Source: Candidatus Eiseniibacteriota bacterium
GTDB taxonomy: Bacteria > Eisenbacteria > RBG-16-71-46
Assembly (NCBI GenBank): GCA_044223005.1
Contig: JBGAML010000003.1
Coordinates: 256,001-320,000, forward strand
Length of the DNA stretch: 64,000 bases
Reading direction: 5' to 3'
The notes beneath the pieces are model-generated. The model saw only the letters and a list, made by a program, of their open reading frames with translations. It was not told the DNA's origin and searched no databases. Positions 48,627-58,948 of the stretch are shown in pieces. Each line of letters begins with the position of its first letter. Position 1 is the stretch's first letter. The translations under genes and the position numbers were made by a program.

Positions 48627-49804
48627 GCGCGCGCGTCTCCCAGAAGAGCCTGCGGTTCACGGAGTCGGTCATCCGCGAGATGACGCGGCTCGCCAACGCG
48701 CACGGCGCGGTCAACCTGTCGCAGGGCTTCCCCGACTTCCCGGCGCCGGAAGCGATCAAGGAAGCCGCGGCCCGCGCGGTGATGGCCGACGTCAACCAGT
48801 ACGCCATCACGTGGGGGGCGAAGCACCTGCGCGACGCGCTCGCGGTCAAGCACCAGCGCTTCACCGGCCTGGCGTTCGATCCCGAGCGCGAGATGGTGGT
48901 CTGCTGCGGCGCGACCGAGTGCATGGTCGCGACCATGCTCGCACTCGTGGACCCGGGTGACGAAGTGATCGTGTTCGAGCCGTACTACGAGAACTACGGC
49001 CCCGACGCCATCCTGTCGGGTGCGACGCCGCGATTCGTGCGGCTGCGCGAGCCCGACTGGTCGTTCGACCCGGCCGAGCTCGAGGCCGCGTTCAACGACC
49101 GGACGCGCGCGATCGTGATCAACACGCCGAACAACCCGACCGGCAAGGTGTTCACGCGCGCCGAGATGGAGTCAATCGCGGCGCTCTGCCGGAAGTGGGA
49201 CGTGATCGCGATCACGGACGAGATCTACGAGCACATGATCTACGAAGGCGAGCACGTCTCGATGGCCGCGCTCGAGGGCATGCGCGAGCGCACCGTGACC
49301 ATCTCCGGGCTGTCCAAGACGTGGAGCGTCACCGGCTGGCGCATCGGCTGGTGCCTCGCGCCTCCCGAGATCGTGAACGCCATCCGCAAGGTGCACGACT
49401 TCCTCACCGTGGGCGCGCCCGCGCCGCTGCAGGAGGCCGCCGCCGTCGCGCTGACGATGCCGGACGCCTACTACGCGAAGCTCGTCGAGGGCTACCGCGA
49501 GCGTCGGGCGTTCCTGTTGCCGCAGCTGGAAGCGGCCGGGTTCGGCGTGTTCCAGCCGCACGGCGCCTACTACGTGATGACCGACCTGTCGGGCTTCGGT
49601 TTCGACGACGATGTCGCATTCGCCCGTTTCCTCGTCTCCGAGGTGGGCGTGGCCGGCGTGCCCGGCAGCAGTTTCTACTCGAATCCCGCATCCGGCCGGC
49701 AACGTCTGCGCTTCCATTTCGCGCGCCGACGCGAGACGCTGGAGGCGGCCGTCGAGCGCCTGCAGTCCCTCAAGTCCCGCCTTCCGGCGGGGCGCATCCG
49801 TTGA
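48623..49804 (+). CDS. PLP-dependent aminotransferase class I/II
   Basis: NLSQGFPDF, NTPNNPTGKV, DEIY and SKTWSVTGWRIG motifs. Confidence 0.93.
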   Translation: MSARVSQKSLRFTESVIREMTRLANAHGAVNLSQGFPDFPAPEAIKEAAARAVMADVNQYAITWGAKHLRDALAVKHQRFTGLAFDPEREMVVCCGATECMVATMLALVDPGDEVIVFEPYYENYGPDAILSGATPRFVRLREPDWSFDPAELEAAFNDRTRAIVINTPNNPTGKVFTRAEMESIAALCRKWDVIAITDEIYEHMIYEGEHVSMAALEGMRERTVTISGLSKTWSVTGWRIGWCLAPPEIVNAIRKVHDFLTVGAPAPLQEAAAVALTMPDAYYAKLVEGYRERRAFLLPQLEAAGFGVFQPHGAYYVMTDLSGFGFDDDVAFARFLVSEVGVAGVPGSSFYSNPASGRQRLRFHFARRRETLEAAVERLQSLKSRLPAGRIR

Positions 49805-49824
49805 ACCCCGGGGGTTCCACCCAC

Positions 49825-51492
49825 ATGGAATCGAATCGTCGCCGTTCCCTCGGTCCCGTCGGCCTCGCGATGCTGCTCTCGGTGCTGCTCGGCTTCGGGC
49901 TCGCCCGCGTGCTGAACGCCACGGACGACCTGCGCGGCAATCTCGACCTGTTCGAGGACGTGCTCTACCGCGTCGAGAACAACTACGTCGAGCCCCCGAA
50001 CAACGAGAAACTCATCAAGGGCGCCATCGACGGGATGCTCAAGACGCTCGACCCGCACTCGGTGTTCCTGCCCGAGCAGCGCGCCAAGCAGATGGACGAG
50101 CAGTTCCACGGCGAATACTCGGGCATCGGCGTGCAGTTCGACATCCAGGACAACAAGATCGTCGTGATCTCGCCGCTCGAGGGCACGCCCGCCTACCGGC
50201 TGGGCATCCGCGCCGGCGACAAGATCGTCGAGATCGACGGCAAGCCGCTCAAGAAGGGCATCACCAACGACGACGTGTTCCACGCGCTGCGCGGGCCGAA
50301 CGGCAGCACGGTCAACGTGACGATCGAGCGCGAGGACGAGCCTGAGCCGCTGCACTTCGCGATCGAGCGCGCCAAGATCCCGATCGAGAGCGTGCCGTAC
50401 GCGTACATGATTCGCCCGGGCGTCGGCTACGTGCGCATCATCCGCTTCGCCCAGACGACGGGGCAGGAGCTCGAGACCGCGCTCGCCAAGCTGCGCGGCC
50501 AGGGCATGAAGAGCCTGCTGATCGACCTGCGCTCGAACTCGGGCGGCCTGCTCTCGCAGGCGGTCGACGTGCTCGACCAGGTGGTCCCGGACAACAAGCG
50601 CCTCGTGTACACGCGCGGCCGCATCCCGTCCGCGAACGCGGACTACTACAGCACCGGCCGTCCCGGGAAATGGACCGACGGCCCGGTGATCGTGCTCGTG
50701 GACCACGGCAGCGCCTCGGCCAGCGAGATCGTGTCGGGTGCGATCCAGGACCTCGACCGCGGCCTCGTCGTGGGCATCAACACGTTCGGCAAGGGGCTCG
50801 TGCAGAACCAGTTCAACCTCGCGCAGGGCAAGCTGCTGCTCACGATCGCGCGCTACTACACGCCCACGGGCCGCGGGATCCAGCGCGACTACTCCAAGTT
50901 CGGCGACACGGCCGAGTACCAGGAGGACGCGTTCCGCGAGGACGTGCCGAGTGATTCGCTGCTCAAGACGCGCCCGCAGTTCAAGACCGGCGCCGGCCGC
51001 ACGGTCTACGGCGGCGGCGGCATCTACCCGGACGTCGTGATCAAGGACCCGCCGAACCTGACGCGCGCCGAGGTGGACTTCATCACCAAGCGTGTCGGCT
51101 TCGAGTTCGCGACGCACTGGGTGAACAAGCGCCCCGGCCAGCAGTGGACGGCCGCGTCGTTCGACCCGAAGTTCACGCTGTCGGACGAGGAGTGGAAGAC
51201 GCTCCGTGGCGTGATGGACACCAAGAAGATGACGATCAACGACTCGACGTTCACGGCGGAGAAGCCGTTCATGCTCCGCCAGGTGCGCGCCGAGCTGGCG
51301 AGCGCCACGCTGGGCTCGCTCGACCGCTACCGGATCGCCATCGAGGACGACCCGCAGCTGAACGCCGCGCTCGACCTGTTCCCGCGCGCGCAGCAGCTGA
51401 TGGCCGCCGGCGGCGCCGCCGAGCGCCGGACCCCGGGCTCGAACGCGCCCAAGAAGCCCACGACGGCGCAGACCGAGACGCCCAAGCGCTGA
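49825..51492 (+). CDS. S41 C-terminal processing peptidase (CtpA/Prc) with PDZ domain
   Basis: LDPHS, GIGV PDZ, DLRSNSGGLL, SASASEIVSGAIQD and TFGKGLVQ motifs. Confidence 0.95.
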   Translation: MESNRRRSLGPVGLAMLLSVLLGFGLARVLNATDDLRGNLDLFEDVLYRVENNYVEPPNNEKLIKGAIDGMLKTLDPHSVFLPEQRAKQMDEQFHGEYSGIGVQFDIQDNKIVVISPLEGTPAYRLGIRAGDKIVEIDGKPLKKGITNDDVFHALRGPNGSTVNVTIEREDEPEPLHFAIERAKIPIESVPYAYMIRPGVGYVRIIRFAQTTGQELETALAKLRGQGMKSLLIDLRSNSGGLLSQAVDVLDQVVPDNKRLVYTRGRIPSANADYYSTGRPGKWTDGPVIVLVDHGSASASEIVSGAIQDLDRGLVVGINTFGKGLVQNQFNLAQGKLLLTIARYYTPTGRGIQRDYSKFGDTAEYQEDAFREDVPSDSLLKTRPQFKTGAGRTVYGGGGIYPDVVIKDPPNLTRAEVDFITKRVGFEFATHWVNKRPGQQWTAASFDPKFTLSDEEWKTLRGVMDTKKMTINDSTFTAEKPFMLRQVRAELASATLGSLDRYRIAIEDDPQLNAALDLFPRAQQLMAAGGAAERRTPGSNAPKKPTTAQTETPKR

Positions 51493-51507
51493 CGAGCGAC
51501 GCAAGAG

Positions 51508-51540
51508 CGCCCCGGCGGAGCAATCCGCCGGGGCGTCTTC
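51508..51540 (+). terminator. Intrinsic terminator hairpin
   Basis: CGCCCCGGCGGA-GCAA-TCCGCCGGGGCG followed by TCTTC. Confidence 0.7.
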
Positions 51541-51597
51541 GTACCAGAGATCATCGGGCATCAGGTTGGGATCAGATGCTCGGGAGTCCCTCGCGGA

Positions 51598-53514
51598 TCA
51601 CCGAAGTGTGAGGATTCGGCGTGCAATCGTTCCCGCCGGGGTCGTCAGGCTCGCGAAGAACACTCCCGGGCGCTTCGCGGCGCTCCATGCGCGTTCGTAA
51701 ACCCCACGCTCGAACACGCCATCCGCGAGTAACGCCAGCCGACGTCCCGCGACGTCATGGATCTCGAGCCGGCAGCGACCCGGAGCGGGAAGCTCGAAAC
51801 GCAGCCGCACGGCCGCGCCAGGATTCGCGGAGTCGAGGACGCTCAGCCGGACAGTCTCCGGCGCCGCTTGCGCAGGGAGGAAAAGGACACCCAGCGACTG
51901 CCCTCCAGCCTCCCGCGTGAGCGCCGAAAGGCGATACCAGTGGCCGGTCGCGCGATTGTGTTCGACAGTCCACGAGCCGATGGGCTGAACCGGTTCCCGC
52001 CAGGAGGCCAGTGGGATCCAGGGCCCCGACTCGACCTCGGATCGTTCGAGGTCAAGCTGGGAGAGGCTCGCGCCATCGGTGAGCTGCCATTCGACTCGGG
52101 GTGCTTCGGCGTCTGGAACGAAAGCGAAGCGCTGCAGCAGCGCAGACGTCGGTGCATCCTGCCAGACCCGAGCGAAGACGTCCGCGTCGTGATTGTCATC
52201 CGGAGTGTGGAAGTTGCTCGCCTGTGTGACGAACACGACCACACGACCGTCGGCGGTGACTCCGCCGCCACCAACCGAGCTGTTGCCTTCGATCCCCCCG
52301 GGGCCCACGCTGACTCGAGTCGTGGTGCCTGCCGAGCGGTCGCGAACGTACAAGTCCGGGCATTCCCCAGGGAGGGTGAAGGTCCAGCAGGTGTTGAGGT
52401 CGACCGGGTCGAAGTTGAATGCGTTCGAAGTGAAGGTCACGTACCGCCCGTCTCCGCTGATGGCTCCGCCGCCGCTCATGCGGTTGCCGGGCACTCCCGC
52501 CGACGACTGGCTCGCGAGTTCAGTCGTGTTTGTAACGAGATCCCGCACCAAGACGTTGAAGCCACTCGCTCCGTTGACCGCAGCGAGATTGGAGGCTTGG
52601 GAGTCGAAGGAAACGAAGCGGCCGTCTGCGCTCATCTGCGGCCAACTGCAATCGGCGTTTGGTTCGGCCCCAGAGGTCGCAAGGCTCACTCGGGCGGTTC
52701 GCATGCCGAAGCGGTCGCGTCGGTAGACGTCGAGGGAGTGATTCGTGTCCCCGGGAACGAGGTTCGATGCCAACGTGACGAAGGCCACGTAGCGGCCATC
52801 CGCGCTGATCGCACATTGGCCGCTGTGATTATCGCTCTCGGCCCCGCCGTCGGCGACGCTCACACGCTCGGTCTCGCCCGTGACACAGTCGTGCACGAAG
52901 ACATCCGCACTGCTGTTCGTATCGTTCGATACCAGGTTCGTCGATGTCGATACGAATGCGATGAACCGCCCATCGCTGCTGATCACGGGCCAGTTGCTGC
53001 TGCCGCCAGAGGTGTCGATGTTGCCCTGTGTGCCGTCCGTCGCGACGCTGACTCGAATCGTCTCTCCCGTCAGGTTGTCGTGTCGGAAAACATCCGGGGC
53101 GCCGTTCGTATCGCCGGGAACGAGATTCGGAAACGGGCTGTCGAACGCGACATACCGCCCATCCCCACTCATCGCGACGGTCTGGACATCGCCGGGGCCG
53201 ACTCCCTGGACGCCCGCGGAGGAGACGCTCGCGCGCCATGTCCGTCCATCCCGCAGGTCTCGAACGAAGACGTCCCAGGTTCCATTCGTGTCTCCGGCCA
53301 CCAGGTCGGATGCGAGCGAATAGAACGCGACGAAGCGCCCATCGGAACTCACCGCAGCTCCCGGGCGGAAGGAACTTCCGCCGTTCCCGGTCGAACCGGT
53401 GAGCGAGATGCTCACCAGTTCTGGGGAGGCGACCGCACTTGCGATAGGCGCGGAGGCGGCGATGAGCATCGCCGCGACGCTAAGCACGAGTTTCGCAACG
53501 TTGGCCACGCGCAT
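51598..53514 (-). CDS. Secreted TolB/PD40-like beta-propeller protein with T9SS/FlgD-like C-terminal domain
   Basis: Signal peptide; repeated ISADGRYVAF...SNLVPGDTN..DVF motifs; C-terminal LEIHDVAGRRL...PGVFFASL...RRILTLR; GGAG RBS. Confidence 0.85.
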   Translation of the reverse strand: MRVANVAKLVLSVAAMLIAASAPIASAVASPELVSISLTGSTGNGGSSFRPGAAVSSDGRFVAFYSLASDLVAGDTNGTWDVFVRDLRDGRTWRASVSSAGVQGVGPGDVQTVAMSGDGRYVAFDSPFPNLVPGDTNGAPDVFRHDNLTGETIRVSVATDGTQGNIDTSGGSSNWPVISSDGRFIAFVSTSTNLVSNDTNSSADVFVHDCVTGETERVSVADGGAESDNHSGQCAISADGRYVAFVTLASNLVPGDTNHSLDVYRRDRFGMRTARVSLATSGAEPNADCSWPQMSADGRFVSFDSQASNLAAVNGASGFNVLVRDLVTNTTELASQSSAGVPGNRMSGGGAISGDGRYVTFTSNAFNFDPVDLNTCWTFTLPGECPDLYVRDRSAGTTTRVSVGPGGIEGNSSVGGGGVTADGRVVVFVTQASNFHTPDDNHDADVFARVWQDAPTSALLQRFAFVPDAEAPRVEWQLTDGASLSQLDLERSEVESGPWIPLASWREPVQPIGSWTVEHNRATGHWYRLSALTREAGGQSLGVLFLPAQAAPETVRLSVLDSANPGAAVRLRFELPAPGRCRLEIHDVAGRRLALLADGVFERGVYERAWSAAKRPGVFFASLTTPAGTIARRILTLR

Positions 53515-53697
53515 GTCGAATCTCCCTCCTCAAGGAAGAAGTTGCTCAGTTCGAGCACAACGGCGCGCCGCCCAACTCGGCGACATCGATCTTTCGGCAC
53601 GCTACCAGCCGATTCGATCCAGTCAAGGATTGCTGCGTTCAGGGGATCTCGCGTTATGCTGCCCGCACGGGTGTTCCCCCGCCCCGGGGGAGGATGC

Positions 53698-54696
53698 ATG
53701 GACACCGTGCCGCCGCCGGACGCCGTCCCGCGGGTTCCAATCGACCCCCTCGCTGCTCTCGCCGTACCCGGCGAGCCGGCGCCGCCGCTGAAGCCACCGC
53801 TCGCCGGGGCGCTGCTCATGGCCGTCTTCGGCTACCCCGCGGGGAGCGTGATCGGCCTCGTGTTCTGGGTCGTCGCGGTGGGGTTCGTGCGGACCCTCGC
53901 GCCCGCCTGGATCCCCGGGCACGGGGCGCGCTCGGCGTTCACGAGTGCGACCGGGATCCTGCTCCTGCTCGCGGGGGCCGGGGTCGGAAGCATCGCGGTC
54001 ACGCTGCTCGCCACGCTGGCCTCGCCGCGCCCGCGGGCCGAGCAGCTCGGCTGGCTGCGCCCCGCGCTCGACGGATGGCAGTGGCTGCTCGCCTTCGTGG
54101 TCGCCGCGGGCGCCTCGGCGTTCGGCGCGAGTGCGTCGGCGTTGCTGCAGCACCTGCACGTGCTCCCGGAGATTCCCCCATCGTCGATCGTCGCGCGGCT
54201 CGATGCCGCCCTGCGGTCCGCGCCGCTCGCGCTCGGGATCACCCTCGCCCTGGCCTCGGGCATCTTCCCCGGCGTCTCCGAGGAGCTCCTGTTCCGCGGC
54301 TACGTCCTCCGCCGACTGGCGCGCCGCCTGCCGCCCGCACTCGCGATCGGGATCGCCGCGTGCGCGTTCTCGGTCTGGCACTGGGAGCCGGCGCGGGTGC
54401 TCGCCACGCTCCCGTTCGCGCTCTGGATCGGCTACCTCGCGTGGCGTTCGAACTCGGTGCTGCCGGGCATCGCGATCCACGTGTGGACCAATGCCGTGCT
54501 CGGCCTGATCGAGCTGAGCGTGCGCCATTCATCGGCCGCGACGATGCACGCCACGAACACGCAACTCGTGACCGCACTCGGCATCGGCTTCGCGTGTGGG
54601 CTCCTGGGCCTCGCGGGCTTCGAAGCGCGGCGGCGCGCCCGCGCCGCCGAAATGCGCGAGCCCGGCGAGGTGTCCCCGCCGGGCCCGGTGACATGA
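53698..54696 (+). CDS. CPBP family intramembrane glutamic endopeptidase
   Basis: Multi-TM; EELLFRG, FSVWH and HVWTN motifs; GGAGG RBS. Confidence 0.9.
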   Translation: MDTVPPPDAVPRVPIDPLAALAVPGEPAPPLKPPLAGALLMAVFGYPAGSVIGLVFWVVAVGFVRTLAPAWIPGHGARSAFTSATGILLLLAGAGVGSIAVTLLATLASPRPRAEQLGWLRPALDGWQWLLAFVVAAGASAFGASASALLQHLHVLPEIPPSSIVARLDAALRSAPLALGITLALASGIFPGVSEELLFRGYVLRRLARRLPPALAIGIAACAFSVWHWEPARVLATLPFALWIGYLAWRSNSVLPGIAIHVWTNAVLGLIELSVRHSSAATMHATNTQLVTALGIGFACGLLGLAGFEARRRARAAEMREPGEVSPPGPVT

Positions 54697-54706
54697 CGCG
54701 GGGGCG

Positions 54707-56785
54707 TCAGGCCGGAGTCGCTTCGCCCACGAGCCCCACCGTGCGCAGGATCCACGCGTAGTCGAACGCGATCTCGCGCAGCGCGTCGTAGCGGCCGCTC
54801 GCGCCGCCGTGGCCCGCGCCCATGTTGCAGTGGAAGTAGAGCGGGTTCGCGTCGGTCTTGAGCGTGCGCAGCTTCGCGACGTACTTGGCGGGCTCCCAAT
54901 AGCCCACCTGCGAGTCGTTGAGGCTCGTCTTCACCAGTATGCAGGGGTACGCGCGCTTCACGAGGTTGTCGTAGGGCGAGTACGCGCGCATCCACCGGTA
55001 CTGCTCCGGCAGTTCGGGATTGCCCCACTCCTCGAACTCTCCGACGGTGAGCGGCAGCGACGTGTCGAGCATCGTGGTGAGCACGTCCACGAACGGCACC
55101 TGTGCGAGCACGCCGCGGAAGAGCTCGGGCTTCAGGTTCGTCACCGCGCCCATCAGCAGGCCGCCCGCGCTGCCGCCCTGGATCACGAGGCGGTCCGAGC
55201 TCGTCCAGCGCTGGCCGACGAGGGCTTCGGCGCACGCGACGAAATCGGTGAACGTGTTCATCTTGCGTTCCATGCGGCCCGCGTCGTGCCAGGGCTTGCC
55301 CAGGTCGCCGCCGCCGCGGATGTGCGCCAGTGCGTAGATCACGCCGCGGTCCACGAGGCTGAAGCGATTCGAGTTGAACGTGACGTTCGACGAGATCCCG
55401 TACGAGCCGTACGAATAGAGCAGGCAGGGAGCGGTGCCGTCGCGCGGCGTGCCTTTGCGACGCAGGAGCGTCACCGGCACGCGCGCGCCGTCGGGCGCCA
55501 CGGCCTCGAGGCGCTCGGTCTCGTAGAGCGCCGGATCCCAGCCGCCGAGCACCTCCTGGCGCTTGAGCAGCGTCGACGACAGCGTCGCGACGTCGAGGTC
55601 GAAGACCGACGGCGGGGTCACGAACGACTGGTAGCTGTAGCGGAAGGTTCCCGATTCGAATTCGGGATTGGAGCCGGCGGCCACCGTGTACGCGGCCTCG
55701 GCGAACGCGACGCGGCGCGAGGTGCCCGTCTCCGGGTCCAGCACGTCGATCTGCGGCAGCGCACGCTCGCGCGTCGAGAGCACGACGTGGTCGCGGAAGC
55801 AGGCGAGGCCCTGGATCATGACGCCGTCGCGATGGGCCACCACCTCGCGCCAGTGCGCGGGCCCGGGCGTCTCGGCCGGCGCGGTGACGATGCGGAAGTT
55901 CCGCCCCGTGTCGTTGACGCGGATCCAGAACCGGTCGCCGCGGTGGTCCACAGCGTACTCGCGGTCTTGCACGCGTGGTGCCACGGTCGTCCACGCGCCT
56001 TCCGGCCGGTCCGCGCGCAGCACGCGCTGTTCCGAGGTCGTATGGCTGCCGAGCGAATGGACCAGCCACGCGTCGCTGCGCGTGCGGTGGACGCCCACCT
56101 CGAAGCGCTCGTCGGGTTCGTCGTCCACCAGCACGCTCGCGCCCGTGGTGCGGTCGAGCCGGTAGAGGCGGTGCGAGCGCTTGGTCGTCGCGTCCTCCTG
56201 CGTCCAGAACAGCGTGCGCGAATCCGCGGCCCACGCGGCGCTCGTGCAGCGCTCGCCCAGCCCCGTGATCGTCACGCCCTCCTGCAGGTCCTTCACGTGC
56301 AGCGTGTACTGCCGGTAGCCCGTGGGATCGGTCGAGTACGCGAGCCAGCGGCCGTCCGAACTCAGTTCGAACTCGCCGATGCCCATGAATGGGTGGCCCT
56401 GCGCCAGTTCGTTGACGTCGAGCAGCACCTGCTCCGGCGCCTCCATGCTGCCCTCGCGCCGGCAGAAGATCGGGTACTGCCGGCCTTCCTCGGTGCGCGT
56501 GTAGTAGAACCAGCGGCCCTTGCGGTACGGCACCGAGAGATCGGTCTGCTGGATGCGCCCGAGCATCTCGGCGTACAGCGTCTCCTGCAGCGACCTCGTC
56601 GAGGCCATCGCCGCGTCGGTGTACGCGTTCTCGGCCTCGAGGTAGCCGAGAACCTGCGGGTCGGACTTCTCCCGCAGCCAGAAGTAGTCGTCGACGCGCG
56701 TGTCGCCGTGGAGGGTCATCGCGTGCGGACGGCGTTCGGCGACCGGTGGCTGGGGCGCGGCGGAGGCGGGTGTGTTTCCGGACAT
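54707..56785 (-). CDS. ptrB: Oligopeptidase B (S9A)
   Basis: HGDTRVDDYFWLR, YGSYG, GGSAGG, DSQV.YWEPAK and GHGGASGR motifs. Confidence 0.95.
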   Translation of the reverse strand: MSGNTPASAAPQPPVAERRPHAMTLHGDTRVDDYFWLREKSDPQVLGYLEAENAYTDAAMASTRSLQETLYAEMLGRIQQTDLSVPYRKGRWFYYTRTEEGRQYPIFCRREGSMEAPEQVLLDVNELAQGHPFMGIGEFELSSDGRWLAYSTDPTGYRQYTLHVKDLQEGVTITGLGERCTSAAWAADSRTLFWTQEDATTKRSHRLYRLDRTTGASVLVDDEPDERFEVGVHRTRSDAWLVHSLGSHTTSEQRVLRADRPEGAWTTVAPRVQDREYAVDHRGDRFWIRVNDTGRNFRIVTAPAETPGPAHWREVVAHRDGVMIQGLACFRDHVVLSTRERALPQIDVLDPETGTSRRVAFAEAAYTVAAGSNPEFESGTFRYSYQSFVTPPSVFDLDVATLSSTLLKRQEVLGGWDPALYETERLEAVAPDGARVPVTLLRRKGTPRDGTAPCLLYSYGSYGISSNVTFNSNRFSLVDRGVIYALAHIRGGGDLGKPWHDAGRMERKMNTFTDFVACAEALVGQRWTSSDRLVIQGGSAGGLLMGAVTNLKPELFRGVLAQVPFVDVLTTMLDTSLPLTVGEFEEWGNPELPEQYRWMRAYSPYDNLVKRAYPCILVKTSLNDSQVGYWEPAKYVAKLRTLKTDANPLYFHCNMGAGHGGASGRYDALREIAFDYAWILRTVGLVGEATPA

Positions 56786-56882
56786 GTCGCGATGGATTCC
56801 GTGAGGACGATGACGAGCGGCGCTCAGCGGCGCCGGGGGAACGGACGGGGGAGGTGAGCCGGCACGACGGGGACGGGCGGCG

Positions 56883-57710
56883 TCAGGCGCCGCCCGCGGA
56901 TGCCGCCGCCGGCAGCGCGGAGACCGTGATCGGGTCGCCCTCGCCGAGGCCGAGTCGTGCGGCAGCGTCGCCGCCGACCTGCGCAATCTCGATGCGCCCG
57001 CTCGAGCCCAGGATGGCGACCAGCGTGCCGACCGGCGAGTCGCCGTAGGAGCGCGAGAGGCCCGCGACGTGGCGGCCGAGCAGCGTGACCTGGATGCGCT
57101 CCGCCGCCCACTCGCGCCCGAACGCTTGCGCGAGTGAATCCTGCGTGAGGTTGGTGAGCGCGTTGCCGAACCGGTCGATGAACACGACGCGCCCCACGAG
57201 CGCATCACCTTCGCGACGCGGGCGCGCGACCGGCAGCCGCACGGGGTCGGTCACCGCGGGGCCGAACGAATCGATCGGCACGCCGCGCGAGAGGTGCGCC
57301 GCCACCGGCGCGAACACGTCGCGGCCATGAAACGTGCGGCTCACCGGCTGGCGGAACCAGCGCGATTCGGTGAGCGCGTGCACTCGCGCGTCGTCGGCCG
57401 AGAGCGCCCATTCGAGCAGGCCGTTGTCGGGCCCCACGAACCACTGGCCGCGGGCCTGAACGGCGAGCGCACGGCGGGCGGTGCCCACGCCGGGATCGAC
57501 CACGGCGAGGTGCACGGTGCCCGGCGCGAAATCCGGTGCCGCCGCTTCGAGCAGGAACGCGGCGCGCGTGACGTTGCCCGGAGGCACGAGGTGGTTGAGG
57601 TCGACGACGTGGGCTTCGGGGGCGACCTCGTTCACGACGCCGTGCACGACGCCGACGAACCAGTCCTGCGTGCCGAAGTCCGAGAGGAAAGTGACCACAG
57701 GTGCGGGCAT
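56883..57710 (-). CDS. SAM hydroxide adenosyltransferase (DUF62 / chlorinase-fluorinase family)
   Basis: FLSDFG, VVDPGVGT.RR, GPDNG, TFHGRDVF and DRFGN motifs. Confidence 0.9.
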   Translation of the reverse strand: MPAPVVTFLSDFGTQDWFVGVVHGVVNEVAPEAHVVDLNHLVPPGNVTRAAFLLEAAAPDFAPGTVHLAVVDPGVGTARRALAVQARGQWFVGPDNGLLEWALSADDARVHALTESRWFRQPVSRTFHGRDVFAPVAAHLSRGVPIDSFGPAVTDPVRLPVARPRREGDALVGRVVFIDRFGNALTNLTQDSLAQAFGREWAAERIQVTLLGRHVAGLSRSYGDSPVGTLVAILGSSGRIEIAQVGGDAAARLGLGEGDPITVSALPAAASAGGA

Positions 57711-57820
57711 CGGGGACTCCCGGTCAGGGGTGCGCGAAGGGCGCGCTCAGGTTAGCACACGCATCACGGCCGCGTGGCCGGCGGCGCGGCGTGCGAGATC
57801 GAGCCGCTCGCGGCGTGCGA

Positions 57821-58867
57821 CTACGGGGCTTCGACCGGCACCGCGTTCGCCGTCATCCCGGCGAGCAGCGCCCACGCGCCGTCGACCGTGAGCCGCGTGA
57901 GGCAGCGCAGGTCGGCGCATTCGTCGCGGTGGCAGGGGCTGCACTCGACGTGGGCGTAGTACGCGCGGTGGCCCTCGGACTCCGGATACGGGAAGAACAT
58001 CGCCGGCCGATTGCGCGTGATGAGCCCGAGCGTCGGCGCGCCGGCGGCGACCGCCGTGTGCAGCGGGCCGGTGTCGCCGCAGACGAACGCGGCGCAGCGC
58101 GCCTGCGCGGCCACGAAGCGGGCGAGCGGCCAGCGCTCGATCGCGAATGCGCGCCCGTCCGGCAGCTCGGCGACGCAGGCGCGCGCGGCGCCCTCCTCGC
58201 CGGGACCGGCCGTGAAGAGCGCGACCGCGTCGTGGCGCGACGCAAGCCAGCGTGACGCCAGCTCGACGAACCGCGCCGGTTCCCAGCGCCGTGTCGGCCA
58301 GCGGGCGCCGGCGTGGAAGCCGACGCAGACCGCGTCCGCCGGCACGCCGAGCCGCTCGAACGCGTCGCGCGCTTCGGCCTTCGCCGAGGGCGCCACGTGC
58401 AGCCGCGGCGCCGGCGGTTCCAGCGGCGCCGGCCAGCCGAGCGCCGCGAGCGAGGCGAGGTGGAAGCCCGTGGCGGAGAGCGTGCGCGGACGCGCGTGGT
58501 GCGTGTACGTCGCGCTGCGCCAGCCCTTGTTGGGATAGCCGACGCGCACGCGGGCGCCGCTCGCGAACGTCCAGATCGCGGTGCGCGGGTTGCAGAAGCA
58601 GTCGATCGCCACGTCGGGCGCGAACGCGCGCAGGCGCCGGACCAGCGCCAGCGTCTCGCCGGGCGACGGGCGCGCCGGCACGTCGATCACTTCGTCGACG
58701 CGCGGGTCGCCCGTCAGCAGCGGCGCGAGGCCGCGCTCGAGCACGTAGCCGATGCGCGCCGCCGGACACGCGGCGCGCAGCGCGTCGAGCAGCGGCAGCG
58801 TGAGGCAGATGTCGCCCAGGAAGCGGGGGCGGACGATCAGCAGCCTGCGGACAGCCTGGGGATTCAC
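57821..58867 (-). CDS. Glycosyltransferase family 9 (LPS heptosyltransferase-like)
   Basis: LLIVRPRFLGD, TRRW, GDTGPLHTAVA and C-terminal CSPC...C...C motifs. Confidence 0.9.
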   Translation of the reverse strand: MNPQAVRRLLIVRPRFLGDICLTLPLLDALRAACPAARIGYVLERGLAPLLTGDPRVDEVIDVPARPSPGETLALVRRLRAFAPDVAIDCFCNPRTAIWTFASGARVRVGYPNKGWRSATYTHHARPRTLSATGFHLASLAALGWPAPLEPPAPRLHVAPSAKAEARDAFERLGVPADAVCVGFHAGARWPTRRWEPARFVELASRWLASRHDAVALFTAGPGEEGAARACVAELPDGRAFAIERWPLARFVAAQARCAAFVCGDTGPLHTAVAAGAPTLGLITRNRPAMFFPYPESEGHRAYYAHVECSPCHRDECADLRCLTRLTVDGAWALLAGMTANAVPVEAP

Positions 58868-58948
58868 GGACTCCTCGCGCGGCCGGTCGGGTAGACTGCC
58901 CGCACCGTAACGCACGTCCGCTCGCGGCCGCCACCCCGGAGACGCTCC

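Noticed and set aside
51757..53697. Long plus-strand ORF extension (979 aa) antisense to the beta-propeller gene
   Set aside because: It is the codon-aligned antisense frame, which stays open when TTA/CTA/TCA codons are rare. The real CPBP gene starts at 53698 with its own RBS.
53698..54696. 'Abi' protein as an abortive-infection system
   Set aside because: The motifs are those of CPBP intramembrane proteases. The Abi family name does not imply phage defence.
56883..57710. Fluorinase/chlorinase for halometabolite synthesis
   Set aside because: It retains the Asp/Arg/His residues typical of DUF62 SAM hydrolases (DFG, GT.RR, TFHGRD), and no biosynthetic cluster surrounds it.
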